From Acidimicrobiia bacterium (GTDB taxonomy: Bacteria; Actinomycetota; Acidimicrobiia; IMCC26256; CAWATG01), in the NCBI GenBank assembly GCA_046331155.1, contig JAXLRK010000001.1, positions 43,012 through 107,011 on the forward strand: 64,000 nt of DNA, given 5' to 3'. The translations under genes and the position numbers were made by a program. Below the pieces are notes generated by a model that was given only the letters and a program-made list of their open reading frames with translations, did no database searches and was not told the origin of the DNA. Below are positions 9,853 to 18,626 of the stretch, piece after piece. Positions within the stretch are counted from its first letter, which is position 1, and each line of letters opens with the position of its first letter.

Positions 9853-10796
9853 ATCCACGTGGGTCCGCGGATCGCCGCGCCGCCGGCGTCGTGCTCGCGA
9901 TCGGCGCCGCGCTCGTGAGCGGGGTCGCGGTGTTCGTCAACGCGTACGGCGTCCAGCACGCCACGAAGGCCGGCGTCGACGGCACCAGCTACACGACGGC
10001 CAAGAACCTGATCGCCGCGCTCGTGCTCATCGGCGTCGCCGGGATCGCTCGGGCAGCGCGGTCGACCGCGGCCGCTCGGCGACCCTCGACGGGAACCGAA
10101 TGGATGGGGCTCGCGGCCGTCGGCGTACTCGGTGGCGGGATCGCGTTCGCCCTGTTCTTCGAGGGCTTGACGAGGATCACGTCGGAGACGCCGGTCAAGG
10201 CGCAACTGCTGCACAAGACCCTCGTGGTCTGGGTGGCGATCCTGGCCGTGGTGTTCCTGCGCGAGCGCATCAACGGCTTCCACATCGGCGCGATCGCGCT
10301 GCTCGTGCTCGGCCAGGTGCGGCTGGCCGGCGGCACCGGAGGCTTCACCTGGGGCTCCGGCGAGTGGATGATCGTCGGAGCTACCGCGATCTGGTCGGTC
10401 GAGACCGTCGTCGCCAAGAAGCTGTTGGGATCGCTCCCCGAGCTCACGGTCGCGCTGGCGCGCATGATCGGTGGCAGCGTCGTGCTCCTCGGTTGGGTTG
10501 CCCTCACGGGGCACCTCGACCGCCTCGCCTGGGACTCGAGCTGGTGGGGTTGGGCGCTGTCGACCGGTGTGATCCTCGCGGTCTATGTCGGCGTCTGGTT
10601 CGCGGCGCTCGCGCGCGCCCAGGCGGTCGACGTCACCGCGGTCCTGGTCGGCGCGGTGCTCGTCACGATGCTGCTCGACCGCGCCGCGTCGCATCCCGTG
10701 CTCCAGCCCGCGGCCGGGTACTGGCTCGTACTGGGCGGGTTCGCGCTCGCGCTCGTGGCCGCGCTGCTTCCGCGCCGCCGGCTCGCGGCGACGTGA
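9849..10796 (+). CDS. EamA/DMT-family transporter (about 10 TM)
   Basis: ATGA overlap with the hypC stop. The sequence is uniformly hydrophobic, with two repeated 5-TM halves typical of DMT/EamA. Confidence 0.75.
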   Translation: MNPRGSADRRAAGVVLAIGAALVSGVAVFVNAYGVQHATKAGVDGTSYTTAKNLIAALVLIGVAGIARAARSTAAARRPSTGTEWMGLAAVGVLGGGIAFALFFEGLTRITSETPVKAQLLHKTLVVWVAILAVVFLRERINGFHIGAIALLVLGQVRLAGGTGGFTWGSGEWMIVGATAIWSVETVVAKKLLGSLPELTVALARMIGGSVVLLGWVALTGHLDRLAWDSSWWGWALSTGVILAVYVGVWFAALARAQAVDVTAVLVGAVLVTMLLDRAASHPVLQPAAGYWLVLGGFALALVAALLPRRRLAAT

Positions 10797-11560
10797 GTGC
10801 GCTCGACGGCCCGACGCGCTTCGCGCGGTTCGCCTACCCGCCGAACGCGCTCGGGTACTGCGGTCCGGACGATCACCTCGCGCTGCTCGAGTACGGCGCG
10901 AGCGGCGCGAGCGACGGCGGACTGCGCGACTTGGCGCGTCGGTTCGAAGGCGCGTGGCCGTACCTCCAGCTCATCGCCGGTTGCAGCGGCATCGACGACC
11001 CGCTCGACGCGCGCGTCGTGGAGGCGTACTGGATCGGCAACGAGCTGCTCGACACGGTTACGGACTTCGAGCTCGGCACCTCGCTCACCGATCGGTTCCG
11101 CGGTCCGGCCGGCGCGACGTTCGAGCGACTCGCGGCCGCCATCGGGGCCGGCGGGCGCCCGCACCACTGCTTCCACGTCTTCGCGGTCTACCCGTTCACC
11201 GGCCTCGTCCGGAGCGGCACGGTCGACCAGCCACTGCACGTGCTCGAACGCTGCCGCATCCGGTGGGGTCGGGTGGTCGACGTCGTCGGTGGTGACGTAC
11301 TGGTTCGATCACGACCGCTCGTGTGGGACGGAACACGCCTCGGGCTCGGCGCCGCCCGCGTCGAGCAGGCTGTCGCCGGACACACCGGCCGCGTGTTCGA
11401 GCCGGCGCTGCGACGCGACGACTGGGTCGCGCTGCACTGGGACTGGGTCTGCGAACGCCTCGACCGCCGTCAGCTCGCGAACCTCCGCGGGATCACCGAG
11501 CGTCAGCTCGCAACGGTGAACGGGATGCCGTTGCCGCCACCCGCCCACGTGCTCGCGTGA
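10793..11560 (+). CDS. conserved hypothetical protein, last gene of hydrogenase operon
   Basis: The GTG start overlaps the EamA stop (GTGA). 255 aa, with 'YPPNALGYCGPDD' and 'YWIGNELLD'. I cannot name the family with confidence. Confidence 0.55.
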   Translation: MSALDGPTRFARFAYPPNALGYCGPDDHLALLEYGASGASDGGLRDLARRFEGAWPYLQLIAGCSGIDDPLDARVVEAYWIGNELLDTVTDFELGTSLTDRFRGPAGATFERLAAAIGAGGRPHHCFHVFAVYPFTGLVRSGTVDQPLHVLERCRIRWGRVVDVVGGDVLVRSRPLVWDGTRLGLGAARVEQAVAGHTGRVFEPALRRDDWVALHWDWVCERLDRRQLANLRGITERQLATVNGMPLPPPAHVLA

Positions 11561-11626
11561 GCGAACTTGCGTCGAGGCGTTGTCGATGGTGGCCATACCC
11601 GCACCAACAACGCTTCGCAGGGTCGG

Positions 11627-12565
11627 TCAGCCCTGCACGCTGCGCTTCATCCCCGCGCGCTCGCCCCGGCTGACGAACTTCGTCGCCATCTTCCGGCTCG
11701 CCTCGTCGATCATCTCGTCGCCGAACATGACGGCGCCCTTGCCCTCGTGCTCGGTGGCTACGTGGTACGCCTCGAGGATGCCGTACGCCTTGTCGAACTG
11801 CTCCTGCGTCGGCGTGTACACGTCGTTGATCACGCCGATCTGGTCGGGGTGCAGCGTCCACTTGCCGTCGTATCCGAGCGTGTGCGACCGCTGCGCGTAC
11901 TCCCGCAGCGCGTCGAGCTCCTTGATCTTCAGGAACGGGCCGTCGATCACCTGGAGCCCGTTCGCCCGGCCCGCCATGAGGATCTTCGAGAACACGTAGT
12001 GGAAGTGGTCGCCGGGGTAGGCGTCGATCGCGACGCCACCGGTGAGCACCGGCATCTCCATCGACGCCGCGAAGTCGGCCGGTCCGAAGATGATCGCCTC
12101 GAGTCGCGGCGACGCCGCACAGATCTCCTCGACGTTGATCAGGCCGCGTGTCGTCTCGATCTGCGCCTCGATCCCGACCTTGGCCTGCCGGCCGGTGTTC
12201 AGCTCGATCTGGGTGAGCAGCAGGTCGAGCGCGACGACCTCGGCGGCGGACTGCACCTTCGGCAGCATGATCTCGTCGAGCCGCTCCGACGCGTTCTCCA
12301 CCACGTGGATGACGTCGCGGTACGTCCACTTCGTGTCCCAGGCGTTGACACGCACACACAGCACGGCGTCGCCCCAGTCCTGGTCGTTGATCGCGTCGAC
12401 CACGGTCTGGCGAGCGGCTTCCTTCTCGTTCGGCGCGACGGAGTCCTCGAGGTCGAGGAAGTACATGTCGGCACCGAGCGACGGGGCCTTGGCTAGGAAC
12501 TTCGGGTTGGAGCCGGGAACTGCGTGGCAGGACCGGCGCGGCAGGTCACGGGTGCGCTCTGACAT
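11627..12565 (-). CDS. mcl: L-malyl-CoA/beta-methylmalyl-CoA lyase (HpcH/HpaI / CitE-like aldolase family)
   Basis: Has 'AVPGSNPKFLAKAPSLGADMYFLDLEDSVAPNEKEAAR' and 'DGPFLKIKE', 'GYDGKWTLHPDQI', closely resembling Methylobacterium MclA as I recall it. I chose the ATG at 12565. A GTG at 12571 is possible. Confidence 0.8.
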   Translation of the reverse strand: MSERTRDLPRRSCHAVPGSNPKFLAKAPSLGADMYFLDLEDSVAPNEKEAARQTVVDAINDQDWGDAVLCVRVNAWDTKWTYRDVIHVVENASERLDEIMLPKVQSAAEVVALDLLLTQIELNTGRQAKVGIEAQIETTRGLINVEEICAASPRLEAIIFGPADFAASMEMPVLTGGVAIDAYPGDHFHYVFSKILMAGRANGLQVIDGPFLKIKELDALREYAQRSHTLGYDGKWTLHPDQIGVINDVYTPTQEQFDKAYGILEAYHVATEHEGKGAVMFGDEMIDEASRKMATKFVSRGERAGMKRSVQG

Positions 12566-12568
12566 GCC

Positions 12569-12592
12569 CACGAGGGTACAAGTACCCTCGTG
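12569..12592. promoter_or_regulatory. perfect 24-bp palindrome (putative operator) between divergent start codons
   Basis: Sequence cacgagggtac-aa-gtaccctcgtg. It fills the 29-bp gap between the mcl ATG (12565, minus) and the MBL ATG (12595, plus). Confidence 0.6.
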
Positions 12593-12594
12593 AA

Positions 12595-13434
12595 ATGGCG
12601 CAATCGAGCCCGGTGAACACCCTGCACCCGGTCGGCGAGGGCGTGTACGCCTGGTTGCAGCCGGGCGGCGAGTCGGGGGTGGCGAACGCCGGGGTCATCT
12701 CCGACGGCGACGGGCTCACGATCGTCGACACGATGATGGTGCGTGAACAGTGGGAACCGTTCGCCGCAGCGGTGGCCGGGCTCGATGCCCCGATACGCCG
12801 GGTCGTGCTCACGCACGCGCACATCGATCACGTCGGCGGTACGAGAGCGTTCCCGAACGCGGCGGTCTACTCGTCGCGCGAGACGAGCGATCTCCTCGAC
12901 CTCGACATGCCCGTCGACGCGTACAAGGCGTTCATGCCCGCGTTCGCGAGCAGTTTCGACGAGCTGGCCGTGCTCGGCACGCGACCCGTCACCCACCTCG
13001 TCGAGGGCGCCGCCAACCTCACCCCACGCGTGGAGGTGCTCCCGGCGAGCGGCCACACCAACGGCGACCTGCTCGTGCTCGTCGCCGATGCCGACGTGTG
13101 CTTCGCGGGGGATCTCTGCTTCTTCGGGGTCACACCGCTCGCCTTCCAGGGCGACCCGGCGCAATGGGCCGCGGTGCTCGACGTCGTCGCCGAGCTCGCG
13201 GGCATCATCGTGCCGGGACACGGCCCGATCGGCGACGCGTCGGACGTCGCCGTACTCCAGCAGTACCTGCTCGCCTGCGTGGCCGCCGACGGCGCGGTCG
13301 AGGCCGTCCCGCCGGGGCCATGGGACACCTGGCTCGAACGCGACCGCGACGCGATCAACGTCGAGCGCGCCGCGATGCTCGCCCGCGGCGACCAGAGCAT
13401 GCCCCCATCGATGCTCAGGGCAATCGGCCTTTGA
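12595..13434 (+). CDS. MBL-fold metallo-hydrolase
   Basis: Has 'LTHAHIDHVGG' (HxHxDH) and a later 'PGHG'. Confidence 0.85.
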   Translation: MAQSSPVNTLHPVGEGVYAWLQPGGESGVANAGVISDGDGLTIVDTMMVREQWEPFAAAVAGLDAPIRRVVLTHAHIDHVGGTRAFPNAAVYSSRETSDLLDLDMPVDAYKAFMPAFASSFDELAVLGTRPVTHLVEGAANLTPRVEVLPASGHTNGDLLVLVADADVCFAGDLCFFGVTPLAFQGDPAQWAAVLDVVAELAGIIVPGHGPIGDASDVAVLQQYLLACVAADGAVEAVPPGPWDTWLERDRDAINVERAAMLARGDQSMPPSMLRAIGL

Positions 13435-13464
13435 TTCCTCCCGGTGTAAGGCTCCGCTCGCGGC

Positions 13465-13621
13465 GAGCGAGGGCGACAATCAGATCCGGAGTCTCGAGCG
13501 TCCCGCAGGGCGGCCGCAGGTATCCTGCGGCCGAGCGAGGGCGACAATCAGATCCGGAGTCCCGAGCGTCCCGCAGGGCGGCCGCAGGTATCCTGCGGCC
13601 GAGCGAGGGCGACAATCAGAT
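13465..13621 (+). repeat. 68-bp tandem repeat (2.3 copies), each unit with a 9-bp-stem hairpin
   Basis: Units start at 13465, 13533 and 13601. Hairpins ggccgcagg-tat-cctgcggcc lie at 13512..13532 and 13580..13600. Related to the repeat at 46261..46380. Confidence 0.9.
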
Positions 13622-13634
13622 ACCGTGTCCTCCT

Positions 13635-14114
13635 ATGGCGAAGAACCCGGATCCCACGCTGGCGCTCACGAGCCTGCAGGGCGTGACGCGCACGCTCGAC
13701 GACTGGCTCACGATGTTCCACCTCTGCCTCGTGGTGCTGCCCGACCGCCCCGAGGCCGCGCGCTGGCTCCCGGTGATCCGCCGTATGTTCAAGGTGCTCG
13801 GCGACGCGGACTGCCGCACCGCGGTGTGCGTGACCGGCAACGCCCAGATCGCTCACCGCGTGCTCGACACCGCCGTCGGCGAGTTCCTCGTGTTCGTGGA
13901 CCCCGAGAGGGAGCTCGTGACCTCGCTCGGGCTCACGCACCTCCCGGCGTTCGTCCACCTCCGGCAGAACACGACACTGGTGAGCGCGGCGGAGGGGTGG
14001 GACCCGCACGCGTGGCAACGCGTCGCGCGCGGCGTCGCCGAGGCGATGGCGTGGAGCACCCCTACGGTGTCGGGCGCCGGCGACCCGCGGCCAACCGAGG
14101 GCTGGGCGGTCTGA
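13635..14114 (+). CDS. hypothetical protein (possibly thioredoxin-fold-like, no CxxC)
   Basis: 159-aa ORF with the high GC3 typical of this genome, starting 'MAKNPDPTLALTSLQG'. No recognisable catalytic motif. Confidence 0.55.
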   Translation: MAKNPDPTLALTSLQGVTRTLDDWLTMFHLCLVVLPDRPEAARWLPVIRRMFKVLGDADCRTAVCVTGNAQIAHRVLDTAVGEFLVFVDPERELVTSLGLTHLPAFVHLRQNTTLVSAAEGWDPHAWQRVARGVAEAMAWSTPTVSGAGDPRPTEGWAV

Positions 14115-14346
14115 GCGAGGCCCGCGGCGTCGCGACGCCGCACCCCGAAACCCTTTGATCACAACACCTAGCAGGCGGCTGGCGCGCCCGGACCGCGAAC
14201 ACGTAGCGTGGTGGTGCCGCACGTCGGATCGTCTTCGACGGGCGGTCGTGTTGTTACTGTGGATCACGTTCCCAGAGTGCCCACACGAGGACCGCCGTTC
14301 GCAAGGACCAACGTCCGGACCCCATCCGGGCGACGAGGGAGTCCCC

Positions 14347-15441
14347 ATGAACCTCCGGCCCCGCCGGCTCGCACGTGCAATCGGTGTTGCCCTGGTCGCC
14401 TCGGTGCTCGCGCCCGCGGCGTTGGCGCAGGCCAGCCCGATCGACGACAAGAAGGCGCAGGCCAAGCGGCTGCAGGACCAGATCGACGCCAACTACAACC
14501 AGCTCGAGACGCTCTCGGAGCAGCAGAACGGCGCGCAGTACAAGCTCCAGCAGGCCAACCAGGCCATCGCCGCGGCCCAGGCGCGCGTCGACAGCGCCAA
14601 GGCCGAGACGGTGCGGCTCCACAACATCCTCAACGGCCGGGCCGCGGCGCTGTACATGGCGGCCGGAGCCGGCCTCACCGGTTCGCCGGTGGACCCTCGT
14701 GACGAGGCCGCACGGTCGCGGTACGCCGCGGCCGCGGCCAGCAAGGACAGCGCGACGATCGACGCGCTCAAGCGAGCACGCGAAGAGCTCGCCGTGCAAC
14801 AGCAGGACTACGAAGCCGTCAAGGCCGGGGCGCAACAGGAGTCGGAGCGGCTGAAGCAGAGCAAGCTCGCGCTCGAACGTCTCAACACGAAGCAGCAGGC
14901 GCTGTTGAAGCAGACACAGGGCGAGCTCGCGTCCCTGATCCAGCAGGAGATCGCACGGCGGCAGGCCGAGGAGCGCCGTCGCGCCGCGGCCGAGCAGATC
15001 CGGCGCCAGCGGGCCGCGGCTGCCACACGAGGTGGCGGAGGAGGACGCAACGCCGCGGTCAACGTCGACTACACCCACGTGCCCGCGCCGAACCCGCGCG
15101 CCGCGGCGGCGGTCGCGTTCGCGCAGGCCCAGCTCGGCAAGCCCTACCAGTACGCGGCCGCCGGCCCCGACGCGTTCGACTGCTCGGGGCTCACGATGGC
15201 TTCGTGGGCCGCGGCGGGCCTTTCGCTCCCCCACTACTCGGGTGCGCAGGCCGCGATGTTCCCCCGTGTGCCCGACGACCAGATCCAACCCGGCGACCTC
15301 GTGCTCTACTACGGCGACCTGCACCACGTCGCCATCGCGGTGAACAGCGGCCAGGCGATCAACGCGCCGCACACCGGCGACTTCGTGAAGGTGGAGCCGA
15401 TCTTCCGCAACGGGTACCGGTTCGCGGTCCGGCCCGGCTGA
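14347..15441 (+). CDS. secreted NlpC/P60 peptidoglycan endopeptidase with long coiled-coil (RipA-like)
   Basis: Signal peptide 'RLARAIGVALVASVLAPAALAQA', a Q/A/E/R-rich coiled coil, and a C-terminal NlpC/P60 domain ('AFDCSGLTMASWAAAG' ... 'HHVAIAV'). Confidence 0.85.
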   Translation: MNLRPRRLARAIGVALVASVLAPAALAQASPIDDKKAQAKRLQDQIDANYNQLETLSEQQNGAQYKLQQANQAIAAAQARVDSAKAETVRLHNILNGRAAALYMAAGAGLTGSPVDPRDEAARSRYAAAAASKDSATIDALKRAREELAVQQQDYEAVKAGAQQESERLKQSKLALERLNTKQQALLKQTQGELASLIQQEIARRQAEERRRAAAEQIRRQRAAAATRGGGGGRNAAVNVDYTHVPAPNPRAAAAVAFAQAQLGKPYQYAAAGPDAFDCSGLTMASWAAAGLSLPHYSGAQAAMFPRVPDDQIQPGDLVLYYGDLHHVAIAVNSGQAINAPHTGDFVKVEPIFRNGYRFAVRPG

Positions 15442-15508
15442 CCCAGCCCGATCCGGCGTATCTCCGGGTGAACGGTCACCCCGGAGATGCGCCTGTGTGC
15501 GTCTCGAG

Positions 15509-16576
15509 TCAGGGGATGACCAGCATCCCGAGCTCGGCTTCGAGCTGCTGGCGGGGTTTGGCCCCGAGCGCCGCCCGCTCCATCCGGCCGTCGCGGAACA
15601 ACCCGACGAGCGGGATGCTCTGCACGCCGTACTCCTGCGCGAGGCGCGGCTCCTCGTCGATGTTGACCTTCACGACCTTGTACGAGCCCTGGCGCATGGC
15701 GGCGATCTGCTCGACGATCGGCGACACCTGCCGGCACGGCCCGCACCACGGCGCCCAGAAGTCGACGATCACCGGCAGCTCGCTGTGCAGCACATCGGCC
15801 TCCCATTGCGCGGTGGTCACCGCGGGCACGAGCTCCGGCCGGTCTTCCGGCGGTGCTTCCGCGGGCCGCTCGCCGGCCCGGACCCGGTCGAGCCAGGCGC
15901 GCCCCTGTTGCACGCTCTCCAGCGCGACCTGGTGCTCCATGGGGTACTCGCCGTAGACGACCGGCACGCCGTGCGCCACGAGCTCGCGCGCCAGGTCCCG
16001 GCTCCGCTTCACGGGCACCAGCGGGTCGTGGGTGCCGTGCTGCACGAGCAGCGGAACGTCGGCGGCCGCGTCCCAGTCCGTGTCGAGGAGGTCGAGGTAC
16101 GCGCCGGCCGGGCTCATGGCGAGCACGCCCGCGGGATGCGGCCGGTCGCTGCGCCGCAACGCCAGCGCCACCATCACGGCGGCGCCCTGTGAGAACCCGC
16201 CGACGACCGCGGTCGCGCGCTCGAACCCGTGTTCCTCGCAGGCCCGGTCGAGCAGGTCGTCGAGCGCGTCGACGCCGTCGACGAAACCCTGGGGCAACGT
16301 GCCGGCCGGTGCGCCGAAGTCGTACCACGCGAAGCCGGGCGGTGACGCGATCGGCCCACGCGGCAACACGGTGACGAAGTGACCCTCGGGGTCGAGGTAG
16401 GGCAGCAGCCCGGCCAGGTCGCGTTCGTCGGCGCCGAAGCCGTGCACGAGCAACAGCAGCCGCTCGGCGCGGGCACCGGTCTCGACGTGCGTCACGAGCT
16501 CCATCGGGTCACCTCCGCCCACCGCAACACCGTTCGGTGCCGGAGTATGCCCCGGCGACGACCCTCCCTCCTGCAC
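15509..16576 (-). CDS. alpha/beta-hydrolase (phospholipase/carboxylesterase-type) fused to C-terminal thioredoxin
   Basis: N-terminal part has '[14 protein letters not shown]' and 'GGFSQGAAV'. C-terminal part has '[15 protein letters not shown]' ... '[10 protein letters not shown]'. An alternative ATG start lies at 16504. Confidence 0.75.
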   Translation of the reverse strand: MQEGGSSPGHTPAPNGVAVGGGDPMELVTHVETGARAERLLLLVHGFGADERDLAGLLPYLDPEGHFVTVLPRGPIASPPGFAWYDFGAPAGTLPQGFVDGVDALDDLLDRACEEHGFERATAVVGGFSQGAAVMVALALRRSDRPHPAGVLAMSPAGAYLDLLDTDWDAAADVPLLVQHGTHDPLVPVKRSRDLARELVAHGVPVVYGEYPMEHQVALESVQQGRAWLDRVRAGERPAEAPPEDRPELVPAVTTAQWEADVLHSELPVIVDFWAPWCGPCRQVSPIVEQIAAMRQGSYKVVKVNIDEEPRLAQEYGVQSIPLVGLFRDGRMERAALGAKPRQQLEAELGMLVIP

Positions 16577-16677
16577 CCGGGGTCCGCCGGCACGTCGACG
16601 GTCCGGCCGACGAGACGCTCGATCGGCGGGACCGACCGCGCTGTGCCACGATGCACACCGCGTTCGAGGAGGTCCAC

Positions 16678-17724
16678 ATGAGGCTCGGCATCAGCTTCGG
16701 CTACCAGGACTGGGGCAAGGGGCTCCCCGGCGCGCTGGCCATCGCCCAGGAGGCCGACCGCCTCGGGTACCACTCGGGGTGGACGGCCGAGGCCTACGGC
16801 ACCGACGCCATCACGCCGCTGACGTGGATGCTGGCCCACACCGAGCAACTGCGATTCGGCTCCTCCATCATGCAGATGCCGGCACGCAGCCCGGCCATGA
16901 CCGCCATGACCGCGATGACGCTCGACCTGATGAGCGGCGGACGGTTCCTGTGCGGGCTCGGGCTGTCGGGCCCGCAGGTCGTCGAGGGCTGGCACGGCGA
17001 GGCCTACGGGAAGCCGCTGGCGAAGACGCGCGAGTACGTCGAGATCCTGCGCACGATCTGGCGGCGCGAAGCCCCGCTCGAACACCACGGCGCGCACTAC
17101 GACATCCCGTACACGGGGCCCGGCGCGACCGGTCTGGGCAAGCCGCTCAAGCTCATCGTGCACCCGCAGCGGCCCGACATCCCCATCTACCTCGCGGCGA
17201 TCGGGCCGAAGAACGTCGAACTCGCGGCCGAGATCGCCGACGGCTGGTTGCCCATGTTGTTCTCGCCCCACCGGCTCCCGGCCACCTACGGCGCGCACCT
17301 CGACGCCGGGTTCGCCCGCGCCGGGGGCGACAAGGGTCTCGCCACGTTCGACGTCGCACCGACGGTGGCCGTGATCGTCGGCGACGACGAGGACCTCGAC
17401 ACCTTCCGTGGGTTGCTGCGCCCGTTCGTGGCGCTCTACGTCGGCGGCATGGGCGCACGCGGCAAGAACTTCTACAACGACCTCGCGTGCCGCTACGGGT
17501 ACGAAGCGGCCGCCAAGGAGATCCAGGACCTCTACCTCGACGGCAAGAAGCAGGAGGCAGCCGCCGCCGTGCCCGACGCACTGCTCGACGAGATCAGCCT
17601 CGTCGGGTCGCCCGAACGCATCGCGGACGGGCTCGCGGCGTGGAGGGAGTCGGGTGTGACGACGATGATCATCGCGGCCCAGCAGCCGGAGGCGTTGCAG
17701 CTCATGGCCGAGCTCGTGCTGTAG
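16678..17724 (+). CDS. LLM-class (luciferase-like) F420-dependent oxidoreductase
   Basis: Starts '[12 protein letters not shown]' and contains '[15 protein letters not shown]'. gaggagg lies upstream of the ATG. Confidence 0.8.
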   Translation: MRLGISFGYQDWGKGLPGALAIAQEADRLGYHSGWTAEAYGTDAITPLTWMLAHTEQLRFGSSIMQMPARSPAMTAMTAMTLDLMSGGRFLCGLGLSGPQVVEGWHGEAYGKPLAKTREYVEILRTIWRREAPLEHHGAHYDIPYTGPGATGLGKPLKLIVHPQRPDIPIYLAAIGPKNVELAAEIADGWLPMLFSPHRLPATYGAHLDAGFARAGGDKGLATFDVAPTVAVIVGDDEDLDTFRGLLRPFVALYVGGMGARGKNFYNDLACRYGYEAAAKEIQDLYLDGKKQEAAAAVPDALLDEISLVGSPERIADGLAAWRESGVTTMIIAAQQPEALQLMAELVL

Positions 17725-17751
17725 CGACCGGCGTCTCGGGGATCCAGCGGG

Positions 17752-18579
17752 TCAGAACAGGACGTTCAGTGCGGCCACGATCGCGCCGCCGAGGTCCGCA
17801 TCGCCCGCGAACGTGACCCGACCGTCGTCGATCGCCTGTTCCGCCGCCCAGCGGCCGCATCCCAACGCGATGAAGGTCTCGACATCCGTCGTGATGCGCA
17901 CCGTCGGATCCGGGGGCGGCTCCGTCAGCTGGTTCCCCCGCCCGCCTACGACCTCGACGGCCATCACCCGCCCGCGCGCCCCCCGGACTTGGAGCACGAC
18001 CGTGGTGCCGTCGGGCGCTCCCGCCTTCTTCCCCACCACGTAGCCGACCGCCCCCGCGATGCGGTCCATCGCAATGCCTGCACCCGCGTCCTCGAGCGAC
18101 CCGGGGCGCCCGAGCGCGCGGCGCATGTCCTGTTCGTGGACCCAGGCGTCGAAGATCCGGAACGGCAACAGGTCTCGCACCGTGCCCGGGCCCATGGGTG
18201 TCCACGACTCGGCCGCGAAGTCCGCTTCCGAGTAGCCGCGCAGGATCGCCCGTCGCTCGTCGGTGACGGTGCGGAACTCGTCGAGCACCTCGGGACCCGT
18301 CCGGGAGCGGTAGAAGTCGACCCAGACCTCGTTGAACTTCCCGACGTCGTTCTTCACGTGCGGCGCGTCGGGCGCCACGTGATCGGGCGTCGGCCGGCCG
18401 AGCAGCATGGACTCGATCGCGATGAGGTGCGCGACGTTGTCCTGCACGCTCCAGCCGGGGCAGTCCGTCATCGTCTGCCACTGCGGCGCGTCGAGGTCAC
18501 GGCACAGCTCGATGATCGAGTCCCACACCTCCTCTTGCGCGTTGACGAGCTCGCGGTCCTGCATCGGTTCGCTCCTCAT
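17752..18579 (-). CDS. maleylpyruvate-isomerase-family mycothiol-dependent enzyme (DinB-like N-domain plus SCP2-like C-domain)
   Basis: 'CPGWSVQDNVAHLIAIE' is typical of the TIGR03083-type family. Confidence 0.75.
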   Translation of the reverse strand: MRSEPMQDRELVNAQEEVWDSIIELCRDLDAPQWQTMTDCPGWSVQDNVAHLIAIESMLLGRPTPDHVAPDAPHVKNDVGKFNEVWVDFYRSRTGPEVLDEFRTVTDERRAILRGYSEADFAAESWTPMGPGTVRDLLPFRIFDAWVHEQDMRRALGRPGSLEDAGAGIAMDRIAGAVGYVVGKKAGAPDGTTVVLQVRGARGRVMAVEVVGGRGNQLTEPPPDPTVRITTDVETFIALGCGRWAAEQAIDDGRVTFAGDADLGGAIVAALNVLF

Positions 18580-18626
18580 GGGATAGCCGCTTCATTCTGT
18601 CGCGTCCGGCCGGTACCGTCTCCGCC

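Noticed and set aside
13465-13621. Possible CRISPR array
   Set aside because: The units are directly abutting 68-bp repeats with no unique spacers. There are only 2.3 copies and no cas genes in the window.
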